52,049 nucleotides of DNA from an uncultured Deinococcaceae bacterium (GCA_964252075.1 CAXULY010000011.1:1-52049); one strand, 5' to 3'; positions 1 through 10,314 are shown, counted from the stretch's first letter. Notes: generated from the letters alone by a model not told the origin. Program-made: numbers and translations.

Positions 1-519
1 GCGCTCCTCGAGGAGGCGCAGGCGCTGGGGCGTCTTGTACAGCGTGTCGTCCGTGACGTCGTCACGGTAGTTGTAGCTGCGGTCCGTCACGCCGCTGGTG
101 GTGTCCACAGTGCGGGTGTCGTTGGCGCCGACGTACCCGATGTCGCCCACGTAGTCCCGCCCGCGCAGCACGCGCTCGTCGTTGGCCTGCGCCTCGACGG
201 GGTAATCCTGGTTAGGCTCGTAGGCGGTCATGTCCTTGGCCTGCTCGCGCGTCAGCTGATCGAAGTACACGGCGTGGTCCGCGTCGTCGAAGCGCGCGGC
301 GCCCACGGGGAGCGCGACGTGCTTGCTGGAGAACCAGTTGCCGACCTCCACCACGAGGTAACGGAGCTTGCCGCCGTCCTCGGCGAGGGCGTCCACGACC
401 CGGCCGATCTTCTCGCCGTTCACGCCGTAGGCGGTAGCGCCGGTGGGGTCGTAGTGGTCCTGACCGAGGTCGTATTGACGCTCGCGCGTCAGGCTGGAAA
501 GCGAGATGAGCTGTGCCAT
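1..519 (-). CDS. PRC-barrel / DUF2382 domain protein (3' part outside window)
   Basis: Manual translation from ATG at 519 with SD AGGAGG: MAQLISLSSLTRERQYDLGQDHYDPTGATAYGVNGEKIGRVVDALAEDGGKLRYLVVEVGNWFSSKHVALPVG...TPQRLRLLEER. PRC-barrel motifs (GEKIGxV, RYLVVxVG) and the LxLLEER start of DUF2382. Not in the ORF track. Confidence 0.85.
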   Translation of the reverse strand, partial: MAQLISLSSLTRERQYDLGQDHYDPTGATAYGVNGEKIGRVVDALAEDGGKLRYLVVEVGNWFSSKHVALPVGAARFDDADHAVYFDQLTREQAKDMTAYEPNQDYPVEAQANDERVLRGRDYVGDIGYVGANDTRTVDTTSGVTDRSYNYRDDVTDDTLYKTPQRLRLLEER

Positions 520-1161
520 GTCTTCCTCCTGTTGAGCTGTACGCAGTGTTCGGGACGAAGTCATACGGCACATGGCGCGAACCTAAAGTTCGTGAAATGT
601 GAAGGGCACACCTAGCCCAGTCATGGCTGAGTTAAAGGTCATGTGTGAATCGGGCCATGACCTGAACGCGCATGGAGTTGAGTGACGCATAGGGATAGCA
701 ACTAGGTTATGGAAAGCGGGGTGAAACGCCATGAATTCTGGTCGCTCCACGCTAACTGGAGGTTCGCAAGGGGCATGGTCACCGTAGTTCGTGTGACGCG
801 AGCGTTGAGGTGAACAGACTGAATCCAGCAGCCCCGCCCCTGTGTCGTATCTGAGACTGCTCTCGTCACGCGCCGAACTGTTGCCCACCCGAGGAGGGCT
901 CGCCTTCCGCGCGAAATGCCGTTCCCGCATGACGCGTGTGGACGCGTCACTCACGCGACTGGCGGCGCGATAGTCACGGGGTCCTTTCCACACCGCGCGG
1001 CAGGACGGTCGGGTTCCGGTCTCTACGCATGCCCTTCCGGAGTGGTGCGGGGTTCGAGTGCCATACCCGCGTCGACTCACCGGGCGTGCCCGCACTCGGT
1101 GGCCCCGCCACCGCACGCCGCGCTGCACCCTGACTCCTGATCTTTCCTCCTGAGCGGTCCG

Positions 1162-2292
1162 TCACTGGGCCGGGCGTGGTGTTGTGGCGGGGAACTGCAC
1201 GGTGACGCGCAGGCCGCCCGCGTCCCGGGGCGTGAGCGTGAGTGTTCCGCCGTGCGCTGCGGCGATGCTCTTCACGATGGCGAGGCCCAGCCCGACCCCG
1301 GCGTGATCGCTGCGCTGGCGGGCGGTGCCGCGCTGGAAGGGTTCGGTGAGGGTCGAGACCAGCTGAGGCGTGAGTGGCTCACCGGTGTTCTCGACGGTGA
1401 GGACGGCCTCCCCTGAGCGCACGGCGGTGTGCACCTGCACGGCGCCGTGCGCACTGCGGTTGTGCACGATGGCGTTGTGCACGAGGTTCATCGTTAGCTG
1501 CAGGAGCAGCGCCGGCGAGCCGAGCGTGGGGGTTTCGTCCCCGGACGTTTCGAGGGTGACGCCGCGGCGCTCGGCGAGGGGGAGGAGCGTCTCGGCGGCT
1601 TCCTCCGCGAGGAGGGACAGGTCGACGGCCTCGCGGGTGAAGGACCGCCGGTCGGCGCGGCTGAGCAGCAGCAGCGCTTCGGTGAGGTTGATCGCGCGCG
1701 CGTTCACGGCGCGCAGGCGATCGATGAGCTCCGTGGCGTCGCGGCTCGGGTCGCTGCGCGCCACGTCCAGCAGCGCCTGCGTGATCGCGAGGGGGGTGCG
1801 CAACTCGTGGGAGGCGTTCGCCGCGAACCGCTGCTGCTCGGCGACGTGCGCTTCGAGCCGCGCGAGCATGCCGTCGAACGCGTCGGCGAGCTCGCGGAAC
1901 TCGTCCCTGCGGCCCTCCAGATCAATGCGGTGGGTCAGTGAGCCCGTCGCGGCGATGCGGGTGGCCGCCGTGATGCGCGTCAGCGGCGCGAGCATCCGGC
2001 CCGCGAGCACCCAGCCGCCCGCGAGGCCGAACGCCAGCAGGAACACCAGCGCCGCCGCCACCTTCGGCGCGAAGGCGCGCCACAGGTCGGACCGACCGGG
2101 GAAGAAGAGCCCGGGGCCCCGCATCGCGTCTTCCGCCCTGCCGGGAACGGGGAGGAGGTTCGCATTTTCCGGCACGTACCGCAGGAGGAACACCCACACG
2201 ACCGCGAGCAGCAGGGCGCCCGCGAGCATCAGGAACCCGGCGTAGCTGAGGGTGAGTTTGAAGCGCACGCTCATCCCGGGTGACCTACGCAC
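1162..2292 (-). CDS. vanS: HAMP sensor histidine kinase, actinobacterial VanS-like
   Basis: Two TM helices, HAMP, H-box FAANASHELRTPL, N-box NLVHNAIVHN, G-box GVGLGLAIV. SVRFKLTLSYAGFL matches Streptomyces VanS as recalled. GTG 2292 overlaps the response-regulator stop. Confidence 0.88.
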   Translation of the reverse strand: MRRSPGMSVRFKLTLSYAGFLMLAGALLLAVVWVFLLRYVPENANLLPVPGRAEDAMRGPGLFFPGRSDLWRAFAPKVAAALVFLLAFGLAGGWVLAGRMLAPLTRITAATRIAATGSLTHRIDLEGRRDEFRELADAFDGMLARLEAHVAEQQRFAANASHELRTPLAITQALLDVARSDPSRDATELIDRLRAVNARAINLTEALLLLSRADRRSFTREAVDLSLLAEEAAETLLPLAERRGVTLETSGDETPTLGSPALLLQLTMNLVHNAIVHNRSAHGAVQVHTAVRSGEAVLTVENTGEPLTPQLVSTLTEPFQRGTARQRSDHAGVGLGLAIVKSIAAAHGGTLTLTPRDAGGLRVTVQFPATTPRPAQ

Positions 2293-2980
2293 CGCGCCCT
2301 CCCTCACCCCCGGGGCCAGCGGCAGGGTCGATGCGGTAGCCGACGCCGGCCACCGTCGCGATGACCCACGGTTCCCCCAGCCGCTTGCGCAGGGCCGAGA
2401 CGGTGATGCGCACGGCGTTGGTGAACGGGTCGGCGTGCTCGTCCCAGGCCCGCTTCAGGAGTTCCTCGGCGCTGATGACGCCACCTTCCGCCGCGACGAG
2501 CACCTCCAGCACCGCGAACTGCTTGCGGGTGAGCGCCACGTAGCGGCCGTCCCGGTACACCTCGCGGCGGAACGGGTCCAGGCGCAGGCCCGCGAGCTCC
2601 CGGACGGGCGGGCGGTGGTGCGCGCGCCTGCGGTCGAGCGCCCTGAGCCTCAGCACGAGTTCCTGCAGCTCGAACGGCTTGGTGAGGTAGTCGTCGGCGC
2701 CCAGCTCGAAGCCGGAGGTCTTGTCGTCAAGCCGGTCCGCGGCGGTGAGCATCAGGATCGGCATGCCGCTCCCGGACGCGACGATGCGCCGCGCGATCTC
2801 GTCCCCAGAGGGCCCCGGAATGTCGCGGTCGAGGACGGCGATGTCGTAGGCGTTGATGCTCAGTAACTCCAGTGCGGCGTCGCCGTCACCGGCGATGTCG
2901 GCCGCGATCGCCTGCAGGCGCAGGCCATGATGAACGGCGTCCGCCAGCTCAGGTTCGTCCTCAACGATCAACACGCGCAT
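2285..2980 (-). CDS. vanR: OmpR-family response regulator, actinobacterial VanR-like
   Basis: MRVLIVEDE, VLDRDIPGPSGDE, GADDYLTKPF, winged helix NAVRITVSALRKRLGEP..TVAGVGYRI. Confidence 0.9.
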   Translation of the reverse strand: MRVLIVEDEPELADAVHHGLRLQAIAADIAGDGDAALELLSINAYDIAVLDRDIPGPSGDEIARRIVASGSGMPILMLTAADRLDDKTSGFELGADDYLTKPFELQELVLRLRALDRRRAHHRPPVRELAGLRLDPFRREVYRDGRYVALTRKQFAVLEVLVAAEGGVISAEELLKRAWDEHADPFTNAVRITVSALRKRLGEPWVIATVAGVGYRIDPAAGPGGEGGRGA

Positions 2981-3000
2981 GCTGCATGCTCCCAGCTGGA

Positions 3001-3060
3001 GCATATCGCCCGCATATCAAAAACCCCATACGCCCGCGCCACAGCCGTTCGCGTTCACTG
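3001..3060 (+). promoter_or_regulatory. VanR-type direct-repeat box and leaderless promoter of vanY
   Basis: GCATATC-N4-GCATATC (3001-3007, 3012-3018, 11-bp period), then AAAAACCCCATAC and GCGTTCACTGGACGC-ATG with no SD. Lies in the vanR/vanY divergent gap. Confidence 0.7.
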
Positions 3061-3065
3061 GACGC

Positions 3066-3656
3066 ATGACACACCACACGCCACCGCGGGCCGCGGGCCG
3101 CCCGACCCCGAGGATGCTCCTCGCGGCGATCGCTCTCGCCGGTGCGGCGCTGATCGGCGCCACCGCCGCGCCCGGCCGTCCCGGGCTGCGGGCCGCTCCG
3201 CCACCGCCCGGCGAAACGAATGCCGCCGGGACCGGCGTGTCGGTCCTGCAGGACCACACGCCCGCCGTGACCCACCTCAACCCCAGGCTGCTCAGCGCGC
3301 TGAAGCGCGCGGCCGCCGCCGCCGCGCGCGATGGCGTGGCGTTTCACGTCAACAGCGGCTGGCGCTCCGCCGCGGACCAGGAACAGCTGCTGCGCGCGGC
3401 CGTCTCCCAGTACGGCTCCAGGGCGGCGGCCGCCCGGTGGGTGGCCACGCCGGAGAAGTCCCTTCACGTGTCGGGGCGCGCGGTGGACGTGGGCCCCCCG
3501 GAGGCCGCCGCTTGGCTGTCCGCGCACGGCGCCCGTTACGGGTTGTGCCGGGTCTACCGGAACGAACCGTGGCATTACGAGTGGCGCCGCGAGGCCGCCA
3601 CGCGCGGCTGCCCGCCCCTGTACGCCGACCCCACGCAGGACCCGAGGCTCCAGTGA
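3066..3656 (+). CDS. vanY: D-alanyl-D-alanine carboxypeptidase (M15B, VanY-like)
   Basis: N-terminal hydrophobic anchor, VNSGWRS, Zn motifs SLHVSGRAVD (SxHxxGxAxD) and EPWH. Confidence 0.88.
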   Translation: MTHHTPPRAAGRPTPRMLLAAIALAGAALIGATAAPGRPGLRAAPPPPGETNAAGTGVSVLQDHTPAVTHLNPRLLSALKRAAAAAARDGVAFHVNSGWRSAADQEQLLRAAVSQYGSRAAAARWVATPEKSLHVSGRAVDVGPPEAAAWLSAHGARYGLCRVYRNEPWHYEWRREAATRGCPPLYADPTQDPRLQ

Positions 3657-3702
3657 GCCGGGCCAGCACTCCACCGTGCGAGCAGCGCGTCCGGGAGGAA
3701 CG

Positions 3703-4200
3703 ATGAGGAAACCGCCATACCTGCTGGTCACCTTCACCGTGCTGGCGCTGCTCGGCACGGCCTGCCGAAAGGCGTCCAGCGCAGCGGGGACGGACCCCGC
3801 CAGCGCCACGCGGGATCAGGCGGTGAGGTTCGCGGAGTGCGTCCGCGCGAAGGGCATCGCGGGGTTCCCGGACCCGGACGCGTCCGGTCGCCTCACCATT
3901 GATCAGGTCGCGAACGACGCGTCAGTGAACACTGACACCGCGGCGTTCAAACAGGCCATCGGCGCGTGCAGGGCGCTGGAGCCGTCCGGCTTTACGGGCG
4001 GGAAGCGAAGCCCCGCGCAGCAGGCGGCGGGCCTCCAGTTCGCGCAGTGCATTCGCGAGCACGGCGTGCGGGACTTCCCGGACCCCATCAACGGCGAGCC
4101 CCTCGTGGACACCAACCGCATTCCGTCCACCGACCGGCCCGGTGGGATGGCCGTCCTGAACGCCGCGATGCGTCAGTGCAGCGCGCGGGGTCCGCAGTGA
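3703..4200 (+). CDS. Lipoprotein with two Cys-containing internal repeats
   Basis: SD GGAGG, lipobox LGTA-C, repeats FAECVRAKGIAGFPDP / FAQCIREHGVRDFPDP. Stop overlaps next start (GTGA). Confidence 0.8.
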   Translation: MRKPPYLLVTFTVLALLGTACRKASSAAGTDPASATRDQAVRFAECVRAKGIAGFPDPDASGRLTIDQVANDASVNTDTAAFKQAIGACRALEPSGFTGGKRSPAQQAAGLQFAQCIREHGVRDFPDPINGEPLVDTNRIPSTDRPGGMAVLNAAMRQCSARGPQ

Positions 4201-5285
4201 ACCGCCCGTGGGTGCTGGCCGGCGCGGCCCTCGTGGTCGCGGCTGCCGCGGCGGGCGTCGTGAGGTTCAGCGCGACGCGGGAGGCCCCACCCGCGCAGGC
4301 GCCCACCCCCACCGCGAAGGTGGAACTGGGGAGGCTCTCCGCCCAGGTTTCAGCGAACGGCACCGTGACGTACCGCGCGCGTGCGGACGGCGCGCCGTAC
4401 GCCGTGATCAACCAGGCGGGCGGCACGTTCACCATGCTGCCCGCCGTGGGGGACCAGGTCCGGTGCGGGGGTGTGCTGTACCGGGTGGATGACCAGCCGG
4501 TGCTGCTGCTGTGCGGCGCCGTCCCGACCTACCGCGCGCTGCGCCGCGGCGCGGTGGGCCGGGACGTTCAGCAGCTCAACGCGAACCTGCACGCGCTCGG
4601 GTACGACGCCAGGGCGCACGCCGCCATCAACCCCAAAAACCAGCACTTCACGGCGGGCACGCAGCAGGCGCTCGGCGCGCTCCAGCACGATGCGGGCGCC
4701 CGCGTGACGGGAGCGCTGGCGTTCGGTCAGGTGGTCTTCCTGCCGGAACCGGTGCGCATCGCCCGGGTGATGGGCGAGCCTGGCGGGGCCGCGCGGCGGG
4801 CCACGCCCGTCACGCAGGCCACGTCCGACACGCCCATCGTGCAGGTGAACCTCGGGCCGTCGCCGCAGGGCGCGGTGAGGATTGGTGACCGCGCGCGGGT
4901 CACGTTGCCCAGCAACGCCCCGGTGTCGGGCACGGTGGAGCGGCTGGCCCTGGTCACCACGCTCCCGGACGGGCGAAGCGGCGAGCCACCCACCGCCACC
5001 CTCGAGGCCTCCATCCGCCTGGACGCGCCGGAGCGGGCGCGCGGCCTCGATCAGGCGCCGGTCCAGGTGGACATCACGACCCGGGGCGTGGAGCGCGCCC
5101 TGAGCGTCCCGGTGGCCGCCCTGGTCGGGAAGTCCGGCGGTGGGTTCGCGGTCGAGGTCGTGCGCCCCGGCGGCGAGCGCGCGCTGGTCGCGGTGCAGCT
5201 CGGCCTGTTCGACCCCTCGGCCGGGCGGGTCCAGGTGGCGGGCGACCTCCGCGAGGGCGATCAGGTGGTGGTTCCCGCGTCATGA
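4197..5285 (+). CDS. Efflux periplasmic adaptor (MFP-like) with peptidoglycan-binding domain
   Basis: N-terminal TM, GDQVRCGGVLYRVD barrel-sandwich, LRRGAVGRDVQQLNANLHALGY (PG-binding-like), C-terminal LSVPVAAL...GDLREGDQVVV. Confidence 0.8.
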   Translation: MNRPWVLAGAALVVAAAAAGVVRFSATREAPPAQAPTPTAKVELGRLSAQVSANGTVTYRARADGAPYAVINQAGGTFTMLPAVGDQVRCGGVLYRVDDQPVLLLCGAVPTYRALRRGAVGRDVQQLNANLHALGYDARAHAAINPKNQHFTAGTQQALGALQHDAGARVTGALAFGQVVFLPEPVRIARVMGEPGGAARRATPVTQATSDTPIVQVNLGPSPQGAVRIGDRARVTLPSNAPVSGTVERLALVTTLPDGRSGEPPTATLEASIRLDAPERARGLDQAPVQVDITTRGVERALSVPVAALVGKSGGGFAVEVVRPGGERALVAVQLGLFDPSAGRVQVAGDLREGDQVVVPAS

Positions 5286-5983
5286 AGGACGACCGCGTTC
5301 TGGAACTGGACGGCGTGACGAAGACCTACGGTGCGCAGCCCCCCGTGACCGTCCTGCGCGGCGTGTCGTTCTCCGTCCGGCGCGGTGAGCTGGTGGCGAT
5401 CGTGGGACCGTCCGGTTCGGGCAAGTCCACGCTCCTGCACATCATGGGGACGCTGGAGCGGCCCAGCGGCGGCGTGCTCCGCATCGCCGGGCAGGACGCG
5501 GCAGGGTTGAACGACGGCGCGCTGTCGCGGCTGCGGGCGCGGGAGATCGGGTTCGTCTTCCAGTCGTTCTTCCTGGCGGAGCACGCCACGGTGCGGGAGA
5601 ACGTCGCGGACGGCCTGCTGTACGCGGGCGTGCCGGTCGCGGAGCGGCGCCGTCGCGCGGACGCGGCGCTCGTCCGGGTCGGCCTGTCCGACCGCGCAAC
5701 CTTCAAGCCCACCCAGCTCTCCGGCGGGCAGCGGCAGCGGGTGGCGATCGCCCGCGCCCTCGTCGGGCGCCCCGCGATCGTCCTCGCGGACGAACCGACC
5801 GGGAACCTCGACCGCGCGACCGGCGCGTCCATCACGGCGCTCCTGCGTGAGCTGAACGCTGACGGCGCCACCATCGTCATGATCACGCACGACGAGGCCC
5901 TCGCGCGCGCGCTGCCCCGCCAGATCCGGCTGGTGGACGGCCAGGTGCACTCCGACACCAACCCGCAGGGCGTGACGCCATGA
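5282..5983 (+). CDS. ABC transporter ATP-binding protein (MacB/LolD type)
   Basis: Walker [25 protein letters not shown], Walker [12 protein letters not shown]-loop ITHD. Confidence 0.93.
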   Translation: MKDDRVLELDGVTKTYGAQPPVTVLRGVSFSVRRGELVAIVGPSGSGKSTLLHIMGTLERPSGGVLRIAGQDAAGLNDGALSRLRAREIGFVFQSFFLAEHATVRENVADGLLYAGVPVAERRRRADAALVRVGLSDRATFKPTQLSGGQRQRVAIARALVGRPAIVLADEPTGNLDRATGASITALLRELNADGATIVMITHDEALARALPRQIRLVDGQVHSDTNPQGVTP

Positions 5984-7203
5984 CGCCCGGGCCTGAACGA
6001 CTCGCGGCGCTGGACGCGCTGCGCGTGGCAAGCGTCGGGCTGCGCGCCCGGCCCCTGCGCGCCGCGCTCTCCGCCCTTGGCATCGCGATTGGCACCGCCG
6101 CGATCGTGGCGGTCCTGGGGCTGTCCGCCTCCTCACAGGCCGGACTGCTCGCGGAGATCGACCGCCTCGGCACGAACATGCTGACCGCCGAGGCCGGGCA
6201 GCGCCTCATGGGCGGGGCGGCGACGCTGCCGCTCGCGGCGCCCGCGCGCCTCAAGCACCTCGGCGGCGTCGAGCAGGTCGCGCACACGGCCCTGGTGAAG
6301 GCGGCGCCGGTCTACCGCAACCCTCTCATCCCCGCGGGCCACACGGGCGGCCTCCAGGTGCGCGCCACCAGCCTGAACCTGCTGTCCGTGCTGGGCACCG
6401 GTGTCGCGCGCGGAAGCTGGTTCAACGACGGCACCGCCCAGGTGCCGGTCACGGTGCTCGGCGCGGTGGCGGCCCAGAGGCTCGGCATCCACCGCGGCCT
6501 CGCCGGGCAGCGGATCTGGCTGGGACACCAGTGGTTCACCGTGGCGGGCATCCTGCAGCCCTCGCCGCTGGCGCCCGACATCGACAGCAGCGCCCTCGTC
6601 GGCTACCCCGCCGCCCGAACGTACCTCGGGTATACCAGCACGGTCGGCGGCGCGCCGGAGGTCGGTCCGCCCACCTCCATTTACGTGCGCGCCCAGCTTG
6701 ATCAGGTGGCGGCGGTGCAGGCGCTGCTCGGGCGGACCGCGAACCCCGAGGCGCCGACCGAGGTGGACGTCAGCCTGCCCTCCGAGGCGCTCACCGCCCG
6801 CGCGGCCGCCGCGGGCGCGTTCGACAGCCTCTTCCTCGGCCTCGGGCTGGTGGCCCTCCTCGTGGGGGCCGTGGGCGTCGCGAACATCATGATCATCTCC
6901 GTGCTGGAACGCCGCTCGGAGATCGGCCTGCGCCGCGCCCTCGGCGCGACGCGGGCCCAGATCCGCACGCAGTTCCTGACGGAGGCGACGCTGCTCGCCC
7001 TCATCGGCGGCGCGGTCGGCGTGCTGGCCGGGGCCGCGGCGACCGCCGTGTACGCCAGCTCAAAAGGCTGGGCGGTCGTCCTGCCCACAGAGACATGGGC
7101 GGGCGGCATCGCGTCGGCGGTGCTGATCGGCGCGGTCGCGGGCCTGATGCCCGCCCTTCAGGCGTCCCGGTTGCCACCCGCCGAGGCCCTGCGGACAGCA
7201 TGA
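5980..7203 (+). CDS. ABC transporter permease (MacB/FtsX type)
   Basis: [16 protein letters not shown]-terminal TM, large extracytoplasmic loop, [25 protein letters not shown]tsX motif. Confidence 0.92.
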   Translation: MTPGPERLAALDALRVASVGLRARPLRAALSALGIAIGTAAIVAVLGLSASSQAGLLAEIDRLGTNMLTAEAGQRLMGGAATLPLAAPARLKHLGGVEQVAHTALVKAAPVYRNPLIPAGHTGGLQVRATSLNLLSVLGTGVARGSWFNDGTAQVPVTVLGAVAAQRLGIHRGLAGQRIWLGHQWFTVAGILQPSPLAPDIDSSALVGYPAARTYLGYTSTVGGAPEVGPPTSIYVRAQLDQVAAVQALLGRTANPEAPTEVDVSLPSEALTARAAAAGAFDSLFLGLGLVALLVGAVGVANIMIISVLERRSEIGLRRALGATRAQIRTQFLTEATLLALIGGAVGVLAGAAATAVYASSKGWAVVLPTETWAGGIASAVLIGAVAGLMPALQASRLPPAEALRTA

Positions 7204-7518
7204 GCGGCGGGCGGAGAGTGGTCAGTGCACGCGAATCGGCTGACCCCGCGCCGCATCACCTAAGCCCCTTCAGAGAGACGCCGTGGTCCTTCACCCTGTG
7301 TTCGGCGTGCTGGATCCAATCCATTTCATGGTGGTGCGCCACTCGCTCACGGGGGGTGGATTTCCTGAGGTCGCGCGGCGTGACCCACGCGTGCCCCCGT
7401 TTTGCGGGGGCCACCGCGCGCCCGGTAAACTGGCGGTTATGGGCGCGCGGTTGGTGGTCTGGTAACTGACGCTCCGGGGAACGCTGCAGGTCACGGCCCC
7501 AGGGGCGGCACGCACCCG

Positions 7519-7838
7519 CTGAACGGGAAGGCGGCGGCGCGATCGCGCCGGACGGACAGCCCCGCTGCTGCCCCGGGCGGGTCCTGCCGCTGCTGCTGTA
7601 CCTGAAACTGGAGGGCCCCGCGACGCGCGCGCAGCTCGCGGAGCTGCTGTGGCCAGACGTGGCGAGCGCCGCGCGTCGGCGCAACAACCTGGTGATCATG
7701 CTGCGCCGCACGCGCGCCAGCTTCGGCGTGGACCTGTGCGTGACGGACCCCGGGGTGGCCCTCGCGCAGCGCGTCCGGGTGGACCTGGCGATCTGTCTGG
7801 GAAATGGATGCCGGCACGGAGATCAAGGCGCAGTGTAA
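7519..7838 (+). pseudogene. Truncated SARP/AfsR-type activator (wHTH fragment only)
   Basis: Frame from 7539 reads AIAPDGQPRCCPGRVLPLLLYLKLEGPATRAQLAELLWPDVASAARRRNNLVIMLRRTRASFG...RVRVDL, then degenerates to TAA at 7836. It resembles the N-terminus of the intact regulator at 41819-44494 ([16 protein letters not shown]). No in-frame start; frameshift near 7538. Confidence 0.72.
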
Positions 7839-8034
7839 CTTCCCGTGCGCTTCACGCGTTTTCCAACTGGACACGCGCGGGTGAGTGCGTATGCTGCCGC
7901 CGACCCTTGTGCTGCGCAGAAGGCGCACCGAAAGGCCGCCCGGCACAACGTGACGCGAAAACGGCGGCCATGCACCCATTCCCGCGCGAGGGCTGACCTC
8001 CTTCCCACCTCACGCGGTGTGGGGTGAGCGCGTT

Positions 8035-8067
8035 GTCACTCGCCCATCACGGTGCGGTGTCTACGCT
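8035..8067 (+). promoter_or_regulatory. Heptamer direct repeat + -10 (SARP/OmpR-type), leaderless
   Basis: GTCACTC-N4-ATCACGG-N9-TACGCT-N7-ATG(8075). Confidence 0.55.
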
Positions 8068-8074
8068 CCCAGGC

Positions 8075-9991
8075 ATGACCTTCAGAACTGCCATTGCGGT
8101 GGCCGTGTGCCTCCTCGTCCCGTCCGCCAGTGTCGCGCAGGCCGCCCCCGCGGCATCAGCGACCGTGTTCTTCAGCGACTCCCGAACCCTCCCCCCGTCA
8201 GTGAGGACCTCGACGCCCTGCGAAACGGGCACGTCATTGCCTGCCTGCAAGTCCCGAAGGGCGTCACCCCCACGCCCCTCTCCCAGGCCACCGGGCAGGT
8301 GCGCGCTTACCTCAAGGCGCACGAGTCTCCGGCGGCCCTCGCGGCCGTCACCGCCCGCCCGGAGCTCAAGCACCCGCTGGACGCCCAGGCCTTCGCGGCC
8401 GCCGCGCTCTCCGAGGACAAACCGAGCGCCGCCCTGGTCGCCTTCCTCGCCGCGCATGACCTCACGCCGCACGACCCCATGCCGCTCGTGAACGCCGCGG
8501 GCGTCCTGAACGCCCTGATGCTGCCGCGCGAAGCGCTGGCCTTTCTGGACGCCGCCGCCGCGACCCACGCGCCGTACGCGAACCCCATGGGGTTCTCCGG
8601 GAAGGCCATCGCGCTGAACAACCGCGGCTTCGCGCTGACGAGCCTCGGGCGGTGGCGCGAGGCGGAAGGCGCGCTGCGCCAGGCGGTGCAGCTGGAACCG
8701 CGCCTCGCGGAGGCGAACACCAACCTGGCGCGCGCGCTGTCCTGCCAGGGCAAGGACCGCGAGGCGGTCACGTACCTGCGCCGCGGGCAGCGGCGCAACC
8801 CCACCCCGCCAACCGCCACGAAGGACGTGGTGCTCGACGGTGACTCCGGCTCAGGAACGCCCGACGCGGTCGGCGCGGACACCCACCCGGTCCGCCGCCC
8901 CGCGGCCAGCACCTTCGACGTCTCCGCGGGCGTGGAGGGCACGCTGCCGGACATCGACATCCCGCAGGACCCTCAGGAGGCGGTGGCGAACATGCCGGTG
9001 TACCGCGCGGCGCTCCAGACCTACCAGGGGCGCATCGAGGCGGTGAACGCCAAGGAGAACGCCCTGAACGCCGCCATTCGCAAGCGGAAGGTGAACGCCG
9101 CGACGGCGCAGCGCACCAGCGACATCCTTGGCGCCCTCTACACCGTGAATGACGAACCCGCCATCCGCGCGCTGCACGACCGCGTCAACCGCGACGAGGC
9201 GGAGCAGGCGGCCATCTGGGGGGCGTTCTTCACGGGCGAGGGCGACGCCGCCGAGGTCACGCACGTGTACAGCAACCCCCGAAATGTGCAAGGCGGCGCT
9301 GCGGACCATGCACGACCGCTGGCGCATCGTGATGGAAGGCCTCGTGACGGACATCCGGCGCTACCACAAGGCATCCAGCCGCCTCCAGAGCGGCCTCGCG
9401 GCGAACCTCAGCGACCCCAACCAGCACGCCCTCGTCGCGCTCCACATCGCGCAGCACGCGGACGTCCTGTACTACACCAGCATCGTCACGGCCATTGCGC
9501 AGGTCGCGCGGCAGGAGGAGATCATCCGGGATCAGTGCGTGGACGGTGAAGGGCAGGCGGGCCCGCCCACCACCATCACGCCGCCCGTGGTGGAGGACCC
9601 GCAGCGCTGTCCGAGCGCCCTGAAGGGCGTCAAGGTGGCCGTGAAGTTCAACAAGATCCTGCAGGCGAGCGTGACCTGCGAGGCCATCGAGGCGAAGGTG
9701 GCGAGCGGGACGGTGGGCGTCTTCGGGCAGTTGAAGGTCAGCGGCCCCGGCTTCACGAAAACGACCGTGATGATCGGCATTCAGGCGGCCGCGGAGGTGC
9801 CCGGAACGAAAACCGGGGTGGGTGCCAGCGAGGGCGTGTTCCTGGAGTTCGGCCCGGCCGGCCTGACGGACGGCGGTCTGAAAATCGAGGCGAAAGGTGC
9901 CCTTGGGTTGGGGGGTGGATCGCTCAGCGTCACCCACGAAGCGAAGGCGGGCGTGACTTTCGCGGTGGTGTCCGGCCTTTCCATCTACTGA
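8075..9991 (+). pseudogene. Secreted TPR-repeat protein split by two frameshifts
   Basis: Signal peptide MTFRTAIAVAVCLLVPSASVAQA from 8075. Frame changes near the C-run at ~8187-8196 into a TPR region (ALNNRGFALTSLGRWREAEGALRQAVQLEPRLAEANTNLARAL). A second change at ~9275-9280 (CCCCC) leads into the C-terminal ORF ending 9991. Confidence 0.7.
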
Positions 9992-10005
9992 GTGAAGCGC
10001 TGGTT

Positions 10006-10037
10006 GATCGGTGCGACAGGTTTTAGTCGCACCGATC
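10006..10037. terminator. Stem-loop after the TPR gene
   Basis: 12-bp perfect stem GATCGGTGCGAC/GTCGCACCGATC with 8-nt loop, 14 nt after the stop. Confidence 0.7.
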
Positions 10038-10281
10038 CAACCTATTCACCGTCCGAGTCCTACCCAGAGCCGCCGCGGGTGTCATGGTTGGTGATTAATC
10101 CGCTCCGGCGCTCGCACCGCCTGCATGGAGCCGATGCTGCGATCCCAATCCAGTAGGGTGTGCTGCTCAGCGGAAAGGTAGGTTGCCCGCACACGTGCCC
10201 GAGGATGTCATCCACGACGGGCGAGGACGAGCAACGCTCCAAAGGCCCCACGCGAGGCGCCCTTGGATGGCCGGAGGTGCT

Positions 10282-10314
10282 GTCATCCTGGCATCATCCC
10301 CCTCCTGCCACACT
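10282..10314 (+). promoter_or_regulatory. Heptamer direct repeat + -10 (SARP/OmpR-type), leaderless
   Basis: GTCATCC-N4-ATCATCC-N9-CACACT-N6-ATG(10321). Confidence 0.55.

Noticed and set aside
583..1140. Several ORFs and small inverted repeats (e.g. AGGTCATG..CATGACCT near 637-663) in the 640-bp gap
   Set aside because: No codon bias or motifs; the repeats are too short to assign.
1162..3656. Complete vancomycin resistance cluster
   Set aside because: No vanH, vanA/B ligase or vanX in the window.
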